From the NCBI GenBank assembly GCA_964016885.1, contig OZ024742.1, forward strand, positions 369,334,001 to 369,398,000: a stretch of DNA of 64,000 nucleotides, in the 5' to 3' direction. The notes below the pieces were generated by a model that saw only the letters and a list, made by a program, of their open reading frames with translations, was not told where the DNA came from and searched no databases. The position numbers were made by a program, and so were the translations under genes. Every line of letters starts with the position of its first letter. The stretch's first letter is position 1. Positions 7,511-19,502 of the stretch are shown piece after piece. The stretch is from Eledone cirrhosa (lineage: Eukaryota).

Positions 7511-8887
7511 CAAAATATGTTTTATAAATGTTGACATACCCGTAGAAAAACAACCTTGACGGTTGAAAGTTCGCTGGATAGTGGAAACATTTTTTTATTG
7601 AGGGTAATTCAAAGTTATGTGTGAGTATGTAAAGGCATGTCTGAAAAAATTGAAAGAACAACCGTTTATTTAAATTATACTGTTGGAAGAAGAGAGAGAG
7701 AAAAAGAGAGAGGAAAGGAGAAAGAAAAGAGAAAAAAGAGAGAAAAAAGGGGGAGAAAGAAAGAAAGAGAGAAAAAATTATATGCAGAGTAATAGTGAAA
7801 AAAGTGAAGGGACGAGCGAAAGAATAAGCTTTTCCGAGGACCATTACGTAAATCGTAAATATATCCTGCTTTTATGCTATGTTTATATTAAAAATAATGA
7901 TAAATTTAAAAATTAAAAATAATGATGAATTAAAAAATAATGTTAAATTAAAAAATAAAGATATATTACAATAAATGATTTAAAAGTATAATGTTTTACA
8001 TTGGAAAAATATTGAAAATCAAGTTTTGTTTATTTAATTAGTTATTATGAGATAAGTTTGACAAAAATATATTTAGCCAGAATTTGTTACCGGTTGTAAG
8101 TCAAATCTTAAATACTTAAAAAAATTACAAAGGTTACGAAAAATTACGGGAGTTTACAAAAGATTAAATAATTAATTAAAAGTATATACTAAAACCATTT
8201 AAAATTCTGACTATAAAAATTAAGACTATAAAAATTCAGACTATAAAAAACCATAAAGAAGTTTTAAGAGATTTTTTAAAGATCTCAAAAAGACTCCAAA
8301 GATACACAAACATCTTTTTAAAAAATCTTTTAAAATGTTTAAAGACTATTCATAAATTATAATTAAAACCTAAAATTATTCAAAAATATAAAGAAGTATT
8401 AAGAAATATTTTAAAATAGTTAAATATTTAAAATATTTAAAATATTTAAAAGTGTTTAAAATATTGAAAATATAAAATTAAAAAAATATTAAAATATTAG
8501 TTGACCCAAAATGAATAATTTTTTTTTTATAATTTAAAAAAAAAATTTTTTTAAATCTTTAAAAAGTTTTTAAATTTTCAAAAAATGTTCTAAAAGTTTC
8601 AAGTAATCATTCAAAAAGATTAGGAGATATATTGGAAGTAAGATAGATAAAGGTAAAAATAAAGGTAAAAATAAAGATAATTATGAAGTAGAAATATTAG
8701 AAAGTAAAGGTTTTAAGAAGTAAATTAGAAATTTAAGAAGTGTATTATATATATTTACGAAGTAAAAGATATTAAAATTAGAATTACATTAAATTTCTGA
8801 AACAATGGATATAATTTAAGAAATTAGATTATAGGTGTTTGGATAGAGTAAACCACATGTAAGGAAGATTAAACGTGTAATTACATT

Positions 8888-9303
8888 TTATATATATCTA
8901 AAAGTTGAATTTAAACGATGTTTACAAGAACTAAATAAATTATTACGCAAATTAATGGAGTTCTTACATTTAAGTATAAAGAAAATTTCTTCATCACATA
9001 AGTTAAAAAATGTGGATAAAGCCGTGTTTGTGTAGGCAGGTGCTTTTGAAATAATATTCCAAGATAAAGAATAGTTTATATTCTTGGATTTTAAGTTCCA
9101 TAAGTTGGAGAGAGAAGTTGAAGATTTTTTACCAATATTCTTAAAGGAACATTTATGGCTATTGAAACGAGATTTGAAGTCTGTCGAAGTAGAGCCGACA
9201 TAGTTAAAGGAATTATCATTGGTTTTGACATTGCATTTATAGACCACATTTTTAACTAAACAGTTATTTTTAAAGGACAGTTAGATTTAATTCTACAATT
9301 ACA
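8888..9303 (-). pseudogene. GIY-YIG endonuclease remnant of a PLE (Hydra-clade-like by inference)
   Basis: CNCRIKSNCPL / frameshift / NCLVKNVVYKCNV...YVGSTSTDFKSRFNSHKCSF...SLS..W.LK...W.I...NLCDEE...INLRNNLFSSCKH. No RT upstream. Confidence 0.8.
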
Positions 9304-9700
9304 TTTATCAGAATTTATATTATTGGGAACAGTATCATTATATTATATCTGATCAGAGCAAACAACACGGACACTCTATCTCAAAATTATTTTTGAAAAG
9401 CATTTAGAAATGCGCAACCGGTAAAAACTTAAAACCACAACTGAATACTAACCCATACAATCACTAATACTCTTTTATTCCTAATTAAACCATTTTTCAA
9501 CTGTGAACAATTTGTCAGCATTTTCTATTCCGTTTACCAATATATATATATATATTGTTACACTTTGGGAGGGTCATGTTGCCAATAAGAAACACACGCA
9601 CCAGTTGCTTTCACTTCAATTTATTATAATAAATTTATAATAAATTTATAAATTTCTGGTTGGTTGGTTGGTTCCACAACCAGATAGTTGTTTATATATT

Positions 9701-9743
9701 GTCATAGTTCTTTCGTCATACACTCTGTGACCTCTTCAGTGAC
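9701..9743 (-). ncRNA. Minimal hammerhead in the inverted pseudo-LTR of PLE-A2
   Basis: GTCA-CTGAAGA-G-GTCACA GAGTG TATGAC-GAAA-GAAC-TA^-TGAC, with one stem II mismatch relative to 11855-11897. Confidence 0.7.
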
Positions 9744-9882
9744 TGGGGATTCCTTTCTTTGTTTCTGTGCCTCTCCTTTGTTCTGTCCTACGCCATTTTG
9801 TTTGTGTGTGTGTGTTGTGTGCTCAGTCTGCGCATGCGCCACATCCGGGTGTCTGTGTGTGTTTATGTTCATTTATTTATTT

Positions 9883-11653
9883 ATACGCCCCATCATTGAA
9901 ATGTCCCCAGATGTATGTGACAGCACGGAGGACCTCCTCAGCAGAATCGGCGTGAGTAACCGATCTGGGGACCTAGCAAACTGCATAATAGGTAGTATGG
10001 ATGTTGTGTCCCTGTATCCATCTATTGACGTGGATTTTGTGGTGGAGAAATGCGTAGAAATGATCAGTGAGAGCAATGTTGAGTTCCGTGGGATTGATAC
10101 CAGTGAGCTGGGACTCCTACTCAAACTTACCTATAGTAATAATTACCTAGACACCTATGACCTTAGCAACCTGTGCCCTACAAAACCAGCAAGAGGCAGA
10201 CCACCTACCATTACCTCAATGGCCAAGAAAACCCACACAGATAGATGGAACGGGTGGACCAGAGCCATACGGACACCCGAAAACCACGATGAACTGAAGA
10301 AAATGATTGCACATGCGGTAGGGGCCAGCATAAAACTAACCCTTAAGGAACATATGTTCAAATTTAATGGAAAAACATATGCCCAAGAGGAAGGAGCAGC
10401 CATTGGTGTTAGCATTGCAGGCGACATAGCTAACTTATTCATGGTATGGTGGGACAGTAGACTCAAACTTAAACTTAAAGAACAATTAGAAGACCCCTTA
10501 ACCCTGATAATGTACTCCCGCTACGTTGATGATATAAACATTGTAGTTAAGACACCCCCACTAGAGAACAGTCAGGAACTAGAGAAAAACACAATGGAAA
10601 GCATCCAGCAAATAGCTAACTCCATCCACCAGAGCATTAGAGTTACTATAGACTACCCAAGTAGACACCCCAACCATCGATTACCTGTACTAGACACAGA
10701 GCTCTGGTTAGATACCATTAATAACAAAAAACAAATCCTCCATTCCCATTATTTCAAACCCATGACTTCCAAATATCTGAGCCACCGAAACTCAGCTGTT
10801 TCGGACCATACCAAAATCAACATACTGATTGCGGATTTGGTACGGGTGATGAGAAACGTGTCCCGCATGTGCAACCCCGAAGAACTAGAGAGACACATAC
10901 AACACTTCATCCACCGTATGCAGTTCTCTGGCTACAATCAGAGAGATAAAATCAGAGTGTATAGAGGAGCCAGAACCAAATGGGAAAAAATGGTAAATAA
11001 TGACATAAATGGGACCTGCCCCTTGTATAGGAGCAAATTTTGGAATAGAATAGAAAGAACTAGGAACAAGGCTAATAGAATAAACTCATGGTATGATAGC
11101 AATAAATACCAGAGTGTAATGTTCATCGATACAATCCCTAGAGGTGAATTAGCTTACAAATTTAGAAGGGCCCTAAATAAACATAAACTCAATATTAAGA
11201 TAGTAGAAAGACCAGGTACCTCCGTAAAAACACTTATTAGCAAGACATACCCTTTTCAAAGAGCCTCATGTATAGATAAGAAATGTATAACCTGTAAAAT
11301 AAGCCCCCATATTAACTGTAAAACTAGAAATGTAGTGTATAGCATAAGATGTACAGAAGGACAATGTAGAGACAAAAATATAGTGTACATAGGTGAGACA
11401 GCTCGTAGTGTAGGGGAACGGATAAATGAACACTGGCGAGACCTTCAAGATAGTAAAGAATCATCTGTACTCTACCAACATGCTAAAATAGAACACAAGG
11501 GTAAATTAGAGAACATAGAAATAAAAAATAGAATCTACACACAGAAAAGATGCAATGTTTAGACAAATTACAGAGGCAATAAACATAAAAGAATTACAAC
11601 CAAAATTAAATAGAAAATATGAGTGGAACAGCAACATCACAACTTACAATTAA
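9883..11653 (+). pseudogene. Truncated PLE RT + GIY-YIG with a frameshift near 11528
   Basis: Starts abruptly at IRPIIEMSPDVCDS, colinear with PLE-A1. YSRYVDD and YIGETAR are present. After the A-run frameshift the frame continues IESTHRKDAMFRQITEAINIKELQPKLNRKYEW to TAA at 11653. Confidence 0.9.
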
Positions 11654-11854
11654 GGACAAAATGAAAACACACACACACATAGAACAAACAACCAACCAGT
11701 AACATGTAAATAAACAAATAAATAAATGAACATAAACACACACAGACACCCGGATGTGGCGCATGCACAGACTGAGAACACAACACACACACACAAACAA
11801 AATGGCGTAGGACAGAACAAAGGAGAGGCACAGAAACAAAGAAAGGAATCCCCA

Positions 11855-11897
11855 GTCACTGAAGAGGTCACAGAGTGTGTGACGAAAGAACTATGAC
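11855..11897 (+). ncRNA. Minimal type I hammerhead ribozyme, family A
   Basis: GTCA-CTGAAGA-G-GTCACA GAGTG TGTGAC-GAAA-GAAC-TA^-TGAC, with perfect stems I and II. Confidence 0.82.
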
Positions 11898-12102
11898 AAT
11901 ATATAAACAACTATCTGGTTGTGGAACCAACCAACCAACCAGAAATTTATAAATTTATTATAAATTTATTATAATAAATTGAAGTGAAAGCAACTGGTGC
12001 GTGTGTTTCTTATTGGCAACATGACCCTCCCAAAGTATAACAATATCGGTTTCAACACACGATTTCAGATAAAGGATCTTGCTAAACAAATTCAGAAACA
12101 AA

Positions 12103-12168
<66 letters not shown>
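12103..12168. repeat. (TA)n microsatellite
   Basis: TA run abutting the PLE-A2 3' tail. Confidence 0.95.
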
Positions 12169-12172
<4 letters not shown>

Positions 12173-12285
12173 AGAGAGAGAGATTTGTCATGTATCATGA
12201 AAATATGACTGACTTATATGTAAATAAAAAAATATCTATATCTTCTTTGGACTTAATGAAACAATCCCTAAGTCATGCTTGTTGT

Positions 12286-12690
12286 TGTAGTGGTGGTAGT
12301 GGTGGTAATGGTGGTGGTAGTGGTGGTGGTGGTAGTGGTGGTGGTGTTGGTAGTGGTGTTGGTGGTAGTGGTGGTGGTAGTGGTGGTGGTGGTGGTAGTG
12401 GTGTTGGTAGTGGTGTTGGTGGTGATGGTAGTGGTGGTTGTGGTAGTGGTGGTGGTAGTGGTGGTGGTGATGGTAGTGGTGGTGGTGGTGGTAGTGGTGG
12501 TGGTAGTGGTGTTGGCGGTGATGGTAGTGGTGGTTGTGGTAGTGGTGGTGAAGGTGACAGTAACAGTAGTGGTAGTGGTGGTGGTGGTGGTAGTGGTGGT
12601 GGTGGTGGTGGTGGTGGTGGTGGTAGTGGTGGTGGTGGTGGTGCTGGTGGTAGTGGTGGTGGTGGTAGTGGCGGTAGTGGTGGTGGTAGT
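12286..12690. repeat. (GGT/AGT)n imperfect microsatellite
   Basis: About 400 bp of ggtggtagt-type triplets. Confidence 0.95.
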
Positions 12691-12810
12691 GAATGCATTA
12701 ATGCCATACAGAATCAACTACACAAAAGATGTGTCTATGAATACAAACTATAAATGTTGGCTCACAACTGGAAGTTTTGACAAATCTAGTTCATACACTT
12801 TTGATTAATA

Positions 12811-13058
12811 ATCCAGATTGAGAGATCACAGCTCCGATACTGTGGACATGTGGTTGGAATATCTCAGGAAAGAATCACTGGACAGGAGACCCAGGGGTAG
12901 ACCCCTGAGCAAGCTGGTAGGATAACATCCATGACCTTGGCTGGTCTCGCTTGGGGATCCAGCTGGATCAGCTGGAGACAATTGCTTCTAACAGGAGCTG
13001 CTGGAAGAAGTGTTTGAGGACTGTGTCACCATGACCTTCTCTGGAATAAGTGGCCATA
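12811..13058 (+). mobile_element. Decayed 3' end of an RTE-clade LINE (Expander/Rex3-like)
   Basis: Translates with frameshifts as IQIERSQLRYCGHVVGISQERI...RRPRGRP...W*DNIHDLGWSRLGIQLDQLETIASNRSCWKKCL, matching the RTE C-terminal pattern IERSQLRW.GH...RRPRGRP..RW.D. Followed by (GAA)n. Confidence 0.8.
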
Positions 13059-13121
13059 GAAGAAGAAGAAGAAGAAGAAGAAGAAGAAGAAGAAGAAGAA
13101 GAAGAAGAAGAAGAATAAGAA
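13059..13121. repeat. (GAA)n tract, probable RTE tail
   Basis: Pure GAA run ending in GAATAAGAA. Confidence 0.9.
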
Positions 13122-13292
13122 TAAAACCCTGTGACCAAGAAATACCGGATGGCGGCCGGCGGGGAATAGCCGTGTCTCTAGGGGAGAACGACCCCTCTAG
13201 TCTTGGTTGACACTCTTTCTAGAAGTGGTAACACGAAATGATTACCCCTTGGCGGATAAGGATAAAACGCGACAAAATAAAGTAAATGTCTA

Positions 13293-14291
13293 ATGATAAA
13301 ATCTCATACCGGATCGGCCGTCACCCGGGTAAAAAAAGGGCCGCGTCCCTCAGAGAGGAACCAGACTGGGGTCGAAAAATCAGCTAATGGTTCAAACCTT
13401 CCCATCACTTCGGAGCTGGAGACCTCCCATAACCGGAATACTCCTACTGTTGGCCCTCCATGCTCACCACCAAGAAATCAAAAGAAAAAGAGAGAAAAAT
13501 GGTCAAGGGGAGATAATAAAGAAGTCCTTGAGGCTTTCTACACTGCCATGTACTACCCATCAAATACATCGAATACAGAACAGACATATATCAACTGGAA
13601 AAAGAAACATCCCGAAAACAGAGGCTATATTGACAGTAACAAACTAGCCAATATACGAAGAAATATTGTAAGAAAAAAGTTACTAACTGATATAGAAATT
13701 GATCAGATCAAGCTATTAGCACAAAGTCAGCGAAGGGAAAATGAAACATGTGTCAGTGAAAACGAGGTAAACTGTAACACTTCGAATCCCAGGGTTGGGG
13801 CGGAATCACTGGCAACAGAACAAATTAAAGAAAGGATCGAAAAAGTGGAGGGAGTGCATGCTCAGGATGAAACTCCAAATGAAAATAATGAGATCGTAAA
13901 TGATAAAGAAATGAATGAGAATGAACTTGCCAACTTGAAGGATGAAATTATGATCGAATGGATGAAAATGAAAGAATCTGACATGGGGCAACGAGACACC
14001 CTCCCTAATATCCAGAACTCCAAACAGAACCAAAAGATAATACACAAGACTAACATAATTCTCAAAAACATTATCATCACAAACAAACTAAACATTACTG
14101 ATTTAAATCATCTCTATTATGCATCGGCTAAAGTCACCACTCACTTATGTGGAGTGAAGATGAAAAAACAAAGGAATTCCCACAAGAAATCTACTTGGCA
14201 AGAGAACATCAATCGCCAAATAAACCTTCTCCGATCTGACATAGAAATTTTAACAAACTATAAAGTAGGTGAACATGTTAAACAAACTTAA
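13293..14291 (+). pseudogene. N-terminal part of the R4/Dong ORF (Myb-like KWS...N..V.E.FY region)
   Basis: KWSRGDNKEVLEAFY...W.K.HP...KLANIRRNIVRKKLLTDIEIDQI, NHLYYASA and WQENINRQINLLRSDI are typical of R4/Rex6 N-termini. Out of frame with 14344-16938. Confidence 0.75.
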
Positions 14292-14343
14292 CTTAGAAAA
14301 TTGAAAAAAAAAGTACAGTATAAAATCAACATGTGACATAGAC

Positions 14344-16938
14344 ATGCTGATAGAAATAATCAAGCAAAAAGTGTCGGCCAAAGCTGCTCGTATAAGGCGC
14401 TTTGAAAAACGATCTAGATTCTATAAGGACAATAATATGTTCAAAAACAACCAAAGAAACTTCTACGGAAAAATTGGTAAGTCAACAATAACTGCTAAAT
14501 CAATACCACCCAAGGAGGAAGTGCAAGTATTCTGGGAAAAGATCTGGGCCGAAGAAAAAGTTCATAACATACATGCCCCATGGATAGACAGACAAATGAA
14601 AGATACAGCTCACCCTGAGGAACAAATATGGGAAAATATAACAGTTGAACAGTTGCGCTTGGCTCTAAGAAAAACCAGCAAATGGAAATCCCCAGGAAAA
14701 GACAAAATACAAAACTTTTGGATAAATGCCTTCACAGAGTCTCATGAGCTGTTAGCCCAACTTTACAATGAAATAGTTAAGGAGCCAGAAAAGATACCAT
14801 CATGGCTAGTTAACGGCATTACATTCCTGCTTCCGAAGAATGATGAGACAAACAATCCCAAAAATTACAGACCGATAACTTGCTTGACCACAATGTATAA
14901 CATTTTAGCATCAGTCCTAACTGAATACACATATGACCACCTGATAACAAATGACCTATTTCCCATTGAGCAGAAAGGGTGTAAACGAGGCTCATATGGC
15001 TGTAAGGATCAGCTTCTGGTTAACAAAATGATACTGGAAGATCGTCATAATAGACACAAAAATCTATCGATTGCTTGGATAGATTATAAAAAAGCATTCG
15101 ATAGTTTGCCACACAGTTGGATTGAAAGATGTTTAGAGATTTTCAAAATATCCCCCGTTATCAGGAGGTTTTTGTCATTCAGTATGAGGACATGGAAAAC
15201 GACACTCCTTTTGAATAGTGAAACAAAATCACTGGAAGCTGGAGATGTTAATATTAATTGTGGAATTTTTCAGGGTGACTCTTTATCACCGCTTTTATTC
15301 TGCATCGCACTTATACCATTAAGTAAAATGCTCAATGAAACAAAACATGGATATAAAGTCTATGACAAAACCATTAATCACCTGTTCTACATGGATGACC
15401 TGAAACTATTTGCAAAAAATGATGAACAATTGCAAGGGCTATTATCCACTGTGGAGCAGTTCAGTGATGACATTAAAATGGAGTTTGAACTAGATAAATG
15501 CGCCAAAGCAACGTTCACCAGAGGAAAGCTGCTGAAGAGTTCAGACATTCATCTTGATCGGGGGAACGTGATAAGAGAACTTGATCAAGAAAAAACTTAC
15601 AAATATCTAGGTGTTTGTGAAGGAGACGGAATCAAGCACTCGACAATGAGGGAAAGGATAAGGAAGGAATGTTACCGCAGAGTAAGAGCAATCTTAAGAA
15701 CGGAATTGAATGCAAGGAATAGGATCGATGCCATAAACACGCTTGCCATACCAGTAGTAACCTACAGTTACAATGTCATCAACTGGTCAAGCACAGAGAT
15801 CCGTAGGCTCGATACAAAAATTCGAAAATTCTTAACCATGCACAGAATGCATCACCCTAAGGCAGATATAGATAGAATATATCTCCCTAGGAAAGAAGGA
15901 GGACGTGGGTTAATCCAGTTAGACATTGCGTTGAAAACTGCAACAATTGGATTATCTACATATCTAAGGGAATCACATGATTGGATGATCAAACTCGTTT
16001 TGAAACACGAAAGCATCAAAAGATCATATTCCATTACAAAAGATGCACAAAGATACAGTAATGGACTACAAATTTCAGAAGTCCCATTTACTGCTGAAAT
16101 GGAAAACACAGAAAAAGCAAAGCAGGTAAAAGTAACTGCAAAGAAAGAACTGCTACAGAAACTGGTTAAGAAATGGCAAGAAAAGTCTCTGTATAGAAAA
16201 TACCCAGAGCGAGCTAACAATCCTGATGTTGACAAAACTTTAACCCATCAGTGGTTGGCATCCTCTGGACTGAAATCGGAGACTGAAGGACTGATTATAT
16301 CAGCACAAGATCAGTGTCTGCCAACAAAAAATTACCAAGCCAACATAATAAAAAATGGATGCAGCCCATTATGCCGTGTATGCAAAAAACAACCAGAGAC
16401 CATTGACCATATAATTTCAATGTGCAGTCCTATAGCTCCAACCGAATACCTAAACAGGCATGACAGAGATGCACAATACATACATTGGATAATGTGTAAG
16501 CATTTTGACCTGCCCCATCAAAAGAATTGGTGGGAACATCAACCACCTCCCATACTTGAAAAAGATCACATCTCAATCCTGTGGAACTTTAGCATCCAAA
16601 CAGACCGAAAAATAGATGCAAATAGACCTGATATAATATTGAAGGACTTTAAAAAGAGGGTATGCCTGCTAATTGATATGTCTGTTCCAATAGACAAGAA
16701 TGTATCTATAAAAACATTTGAAAAATTGAGCAAGTATAAGGACCTGGAGATAGAAATTGGAAAAATGTGGAAATTGAGAACTAAAACAATACCAGTGGTT
16801 GTAGGTGCTCTGGGAATGATACCTAAGGGGTCTAATGATTACTTATCGCAAATCCCAGGAAACCCGCGTATAGGAGAAATACAAAAGATAGTACTAATGG
16901 GAACTGCCCATATACTAAGGAAGATTCTGTCAATATAA
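14344..16938 (+). CDS. RT + CCHC + restriction-like endonuclease of the R4/Dong element (864 aa, separated from its N-terminus by a frameshift)
   Basis: WKSPGKD, NYRPITCL, EQKGC, WIDYKKAFDS, GIFQGDSLSPLLF, HLFYMDD, YKYLG, CRVC...ETIDHIISMC, RHD, RPDII, IDMSVP, KLSKYKDL. Confidence 0.9.
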   Translation: MLIEIIKQKVSAKAARIRRFEKRSRFYKDNNMFKNNQRNFYGKIGKSTITAKSIPPKEEVQVFWEKIWAEEKVHNIHAPWIDRQMKDTAHPEEQIWENITVEQLRLALRKTSKWKSPGKDKIQNFWINAFTESHELLAQLYNEIVKEPEKIPSWLVNGITFLLPKNDETNNPKNYRPITCLTTMYNILASVLTEYTYDHLITNDLFPIEQKGCKRGSYGCKDQLLVNKMILEDRHNRHKNLSIAWIDYKKAFDSLPHSWIERCLEIFKISPVIRRFLSFSMRTWKTTLLLNSETKSLEAGDVNINCGIFQGDSLSPLLFCIALIPLSKMLNETKHGYKVYDKTINHLFYMDDLKLFAKNDEQLQGLLSTVEQFSDDIKMEFELDKCAKATFTRGKLLKSSDIHLDRGNVIRELDQEKTYKYLGVCEGDGIKHSTMRERIRKECYRRVRAILRTELNARNRIDAINTLAIPVVTYSYNVINWSSTEIRRLDTKIRKFLTMHRMHHPKADIDRIYLPRKEGGRGLIQLDIALKTATIGLSTYLRESHDWMIKLVLKHESIKRSYSITKDAQRYSNGLQISEVPFTAEMENTEKAKQVKVTAKKELLQKLVKKWQEKSLYRKYPERANNPDVDKTLTHQWLASSGLKSETEGLIISAQDQCLPTKNYQANIIKNGCSPLCRVCKKQPETIDHIISMCSPIAPTEYLNRHDRDAQYIHWIMCKHFDLPHQKNWWEHQPPPILEKDHISILWNFSIQTDRKIDANRPDIILKDFKKRVCLLIDMSVPIDKNVSIKTFEKLSKYKDLEIEIGKMWKLRTKTIPVVVGALGMIPKGSNDYLSQIPGNPRIGEIQKIVLMGTAHILRKILSI

Positions 16939-17100
16939 GTACATCACAAGTCTAAACACTAAAGATGCATGTGTGAGTATGTGTGTTCTTTCTTGAACAT
17001 GGCGGACCTTGTTGTCTCTTGAGGTCACTGGTTGTGACTTGGTGATAACTCGTATGAACATAAAGCAAGATAAATGCAACTGTAATAATAATAATAATAA

Positions 17101-17305
17101 GAAGAAGAAGAATAAGAAGAAGACGAAGAAGAAGAAGAAGAAGAAGAAGAAGAAGAAGAAGAAGAAGAAGAAGAAGAAGAAGAAGAAGAAGAAGAAGAAG
17201 AAGAAGAAGAAGAAGAAGAAGACAAGAAGAAGACAAGAAGAAGAAGAAGAAGAAGAAGAAGAAGAAGAAGAAGAAGAAGAAGAAGAAGAAGAAGAAGAAG
17301 AAGAA
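17101..17305. repeat. (GAA)n tract between the two R4/Dong elements
   Basis: About 205 bp of GAA with rare TAA/GAC variants. Confidence 0.95.
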
Positions 17306-19471
17306 CCAGGCCCAGATGGTGTGCAGGGGTATTGGATTAAAAATATAACATCCCTCCACCCGAAACTGACAACCATGTTCAATGACTGCTTGATGTCAGG
17401 TGAGGTACCAGAGTGGTTGACAAAAGGTACCACAGTTCTGATAATGAAAGACCGAATCAAGGGTAATGAAGTTACCAACTATAGACCTATCACATGTCTG
17501 TCCGTAATGTGGAAACTGTTGACGAGCATTGTGTCTGAGGAAATCTACCATCACCTCCACACAAACAACTTGTTACCGGACGAACAGAAAGGATGCCGAA
17601 AGAAGTCACGTGGTACAAAGGAGGAGACACACTGATCTTGCCATGGGATGGATAGACTACAGAAAGGCATTTGACATGGTGCCTCATTCTTGGATCACCA
17701 AAAGCCTGGAGATCTTCAAGGTGGCAGATAACATCAGACAGCTGTTGGGCAGGAGTATGAGGTCCTGGGAAACAGAGTTGACATCAACTGGAGAATCCTT
17801 GGGAAGCGTGAAGATCAAGAGAGGTATCTTCCAGGGAGATAGCCTGTCCCCTCTGTTGTTTGTCCTTGCCCTGATGCCCCTCACCAGTGTACTGCGAAAA
17901 GTGAGAGCAGGATACAGGTTGGGAAAGGGAGGGCTTACCATCAATCACCTCCTATTCATGGACGATCTTAAGCTCTTCGGGAAGAGTGAGAAGGAGTTGG
18001 ATGTGCTTGTTGACACTGTCCGTATTTTCAGCAGTGATATATGTATGCAGTTTGGTATTAGTAAGTGTGGAGTTATTGTGATGAGGAGGGGTAGGTTGAG
18101 CAGAAGTAACGGAATCCAGATACCAACAGGTGAGATGATAAAGGAAATTGACTCTGAGGAAAGATACAAGTATTTGGGCGTTCTGGAGGCTGATGGCATA
18201 AAGAACAAAAAAATGAAGGAATTGTTAAGAACTGAATACATTCGGAGTAAGGAGCGTATTGAAGTCACATCTGAACAGCAGAAATGCCATAAGCGCAGTA
18301 AATTCCCGAGCTGTGTTGATTATTAGGTACAGTGTGGGAATTCTGAAATGGAATGTTGCTGAACAAAAAGAAATGGATAGGAAGACTAGGAAGCTATTGA
18401 CTATCTACAACATGTTCCACAAGAGGAGTGATGTCGATAGACTCTACCTAAGGAGATCTGAGGGTGGAAGAGGTCTTATCAGCATAGAGGACTGTGTTCA
18501 GATGGAGAAAAACAACCTACACAAATACGTGACTGATAGTAAGGAGCCAATGCTCAGAACTGTACTGAAGGAGGGGACAATAGGCGAGGGGATGTCCAAG
18601 GAGGAAATAACATCAAGGAGAAAGAGCAGCCTTCAGGAAAAATCCCTTCATAGTACCTTCTTTGAGAAAACTGAATTTAGAGATCCACAGACATGGAACT
18701 GGTTGAGAAGAGGAGACCTTAAAAAGGCTACAGAAGGAATGTTAATGGCTGCGCAGGAGCAGGCCCTCAAAACGAAGTGGTTGAAACACCATATTTACAA
18801 GGAGGAGGCTAGCCCACTGTGCAGGATCTGTGGAGAGAGAGAGGAGACTGTGGCTCACATTGTATCCGAGTGTAAACACCTAGCCCAGACCCACTATAAG
18901 GGCTGGAGACATGATGTGATGGGCAGGGTGATCCACTAGCACCTGTGCAAAGTAAACAATTTACCACATTCTGAGAAATGGTATGAGCATAAGCCAGAGG
19001 CGGTGATGGAAAACGATCAGGTGAAGGTGCTGTGGGATTTTAGGATACAGACGGACAAGAAACTGGAACACAATAGACCTGACCTGGTGGTTGTGGACAA
19101 AGAAAAAAGATCGTGTCTGATTGTGGATGTGGCCTGCCCATTCGACACGAGAGTGCAAGAGAAGGAGAGGGAGAAAATTAACCGATACCAGGACTTAAAG
19201 TGGGAGGTAAAAAGGATTTGGAACTGCCATGAAGTCAAAGTGATCCCGATTGTCATAGGCGCACTCGGGACTATCTCCAAAAGTTTCCAGGGATGGTTAA
19301 AGAAAATCGGCCCCTTCACGCTTTTTGGAACGCTTCAAAAGGCATGCTTGATGGGAACAGCAAGAACCCTCCGATACGTCCTGAATATCTGAGGCTGCAG
19401 GTAGTGGCTTGATATTCATTCCAACGGACTTTCCAGTTAACTAACATCAATGACTGAGATTCAAGGAATAA

Positions 19472-19502
<31 letters not shown>

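Larger units (their letters stand above)
7080..9345 (-). mobile_element. 5'-truncated PLE family B copy (GIY-YIG remnant, long AT-rich 3' region, hammerhead)
   Basis: The GIY-YIG remnant at 8888-9303 is followed on the minus strand by about 1.4 kb of AT-rich sequence and a hammerhead homologous to 2239-2303. Boundaries are approximate. Confidence 0.7.
9552..12103 (+). mobile_element. 5'-truncated PLE-A2 with inverted pseudo-LTR
   Basis: 9552-9882 is the reverse complement of about 11716-12046. The RT-EN remnant lies between them. The tail 12021-12103 repeats the ORF start MTLPKYNNIGFNTRFQIKDLAKQI. (TA)n lies on both sides. Confidence 0.92.
13122..17100 (+). mobile_element. Near full-length R4/Dong-clade non-LTR retrotransposon
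   Basis: Structured 5' UTR, single ORF (broken near 14290-14340) with RT and restriction-like endonuclease, short 3' UTR and (TAA)n tail. GAAGAAGAAGAATAAGAA is duplicated at 13104-13121 and 17101-17118. Confidence 0.9.

Noticed and set aside
1780-7900. Inverted family B copies as terminal inverted repeats of one composite transposon around PLE-A1
   Set aside because: The two copies are clearly diverged with indels and no TSD was seen. Independent insertions are the simpler explanation.
9688-9882. N-terminal 65 codons of the 624-aa ORF as a genuine Cys-rich domain
   Set aside because: It is the inverted pseudo-LTR read antisense and fused in frame by chance.
12079-12808. Gly-, Pro-, Thr- and Val-rich ORFs
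   Set aside because: Translations of (TA)n and (GGT)n microsatellites open in several frames.
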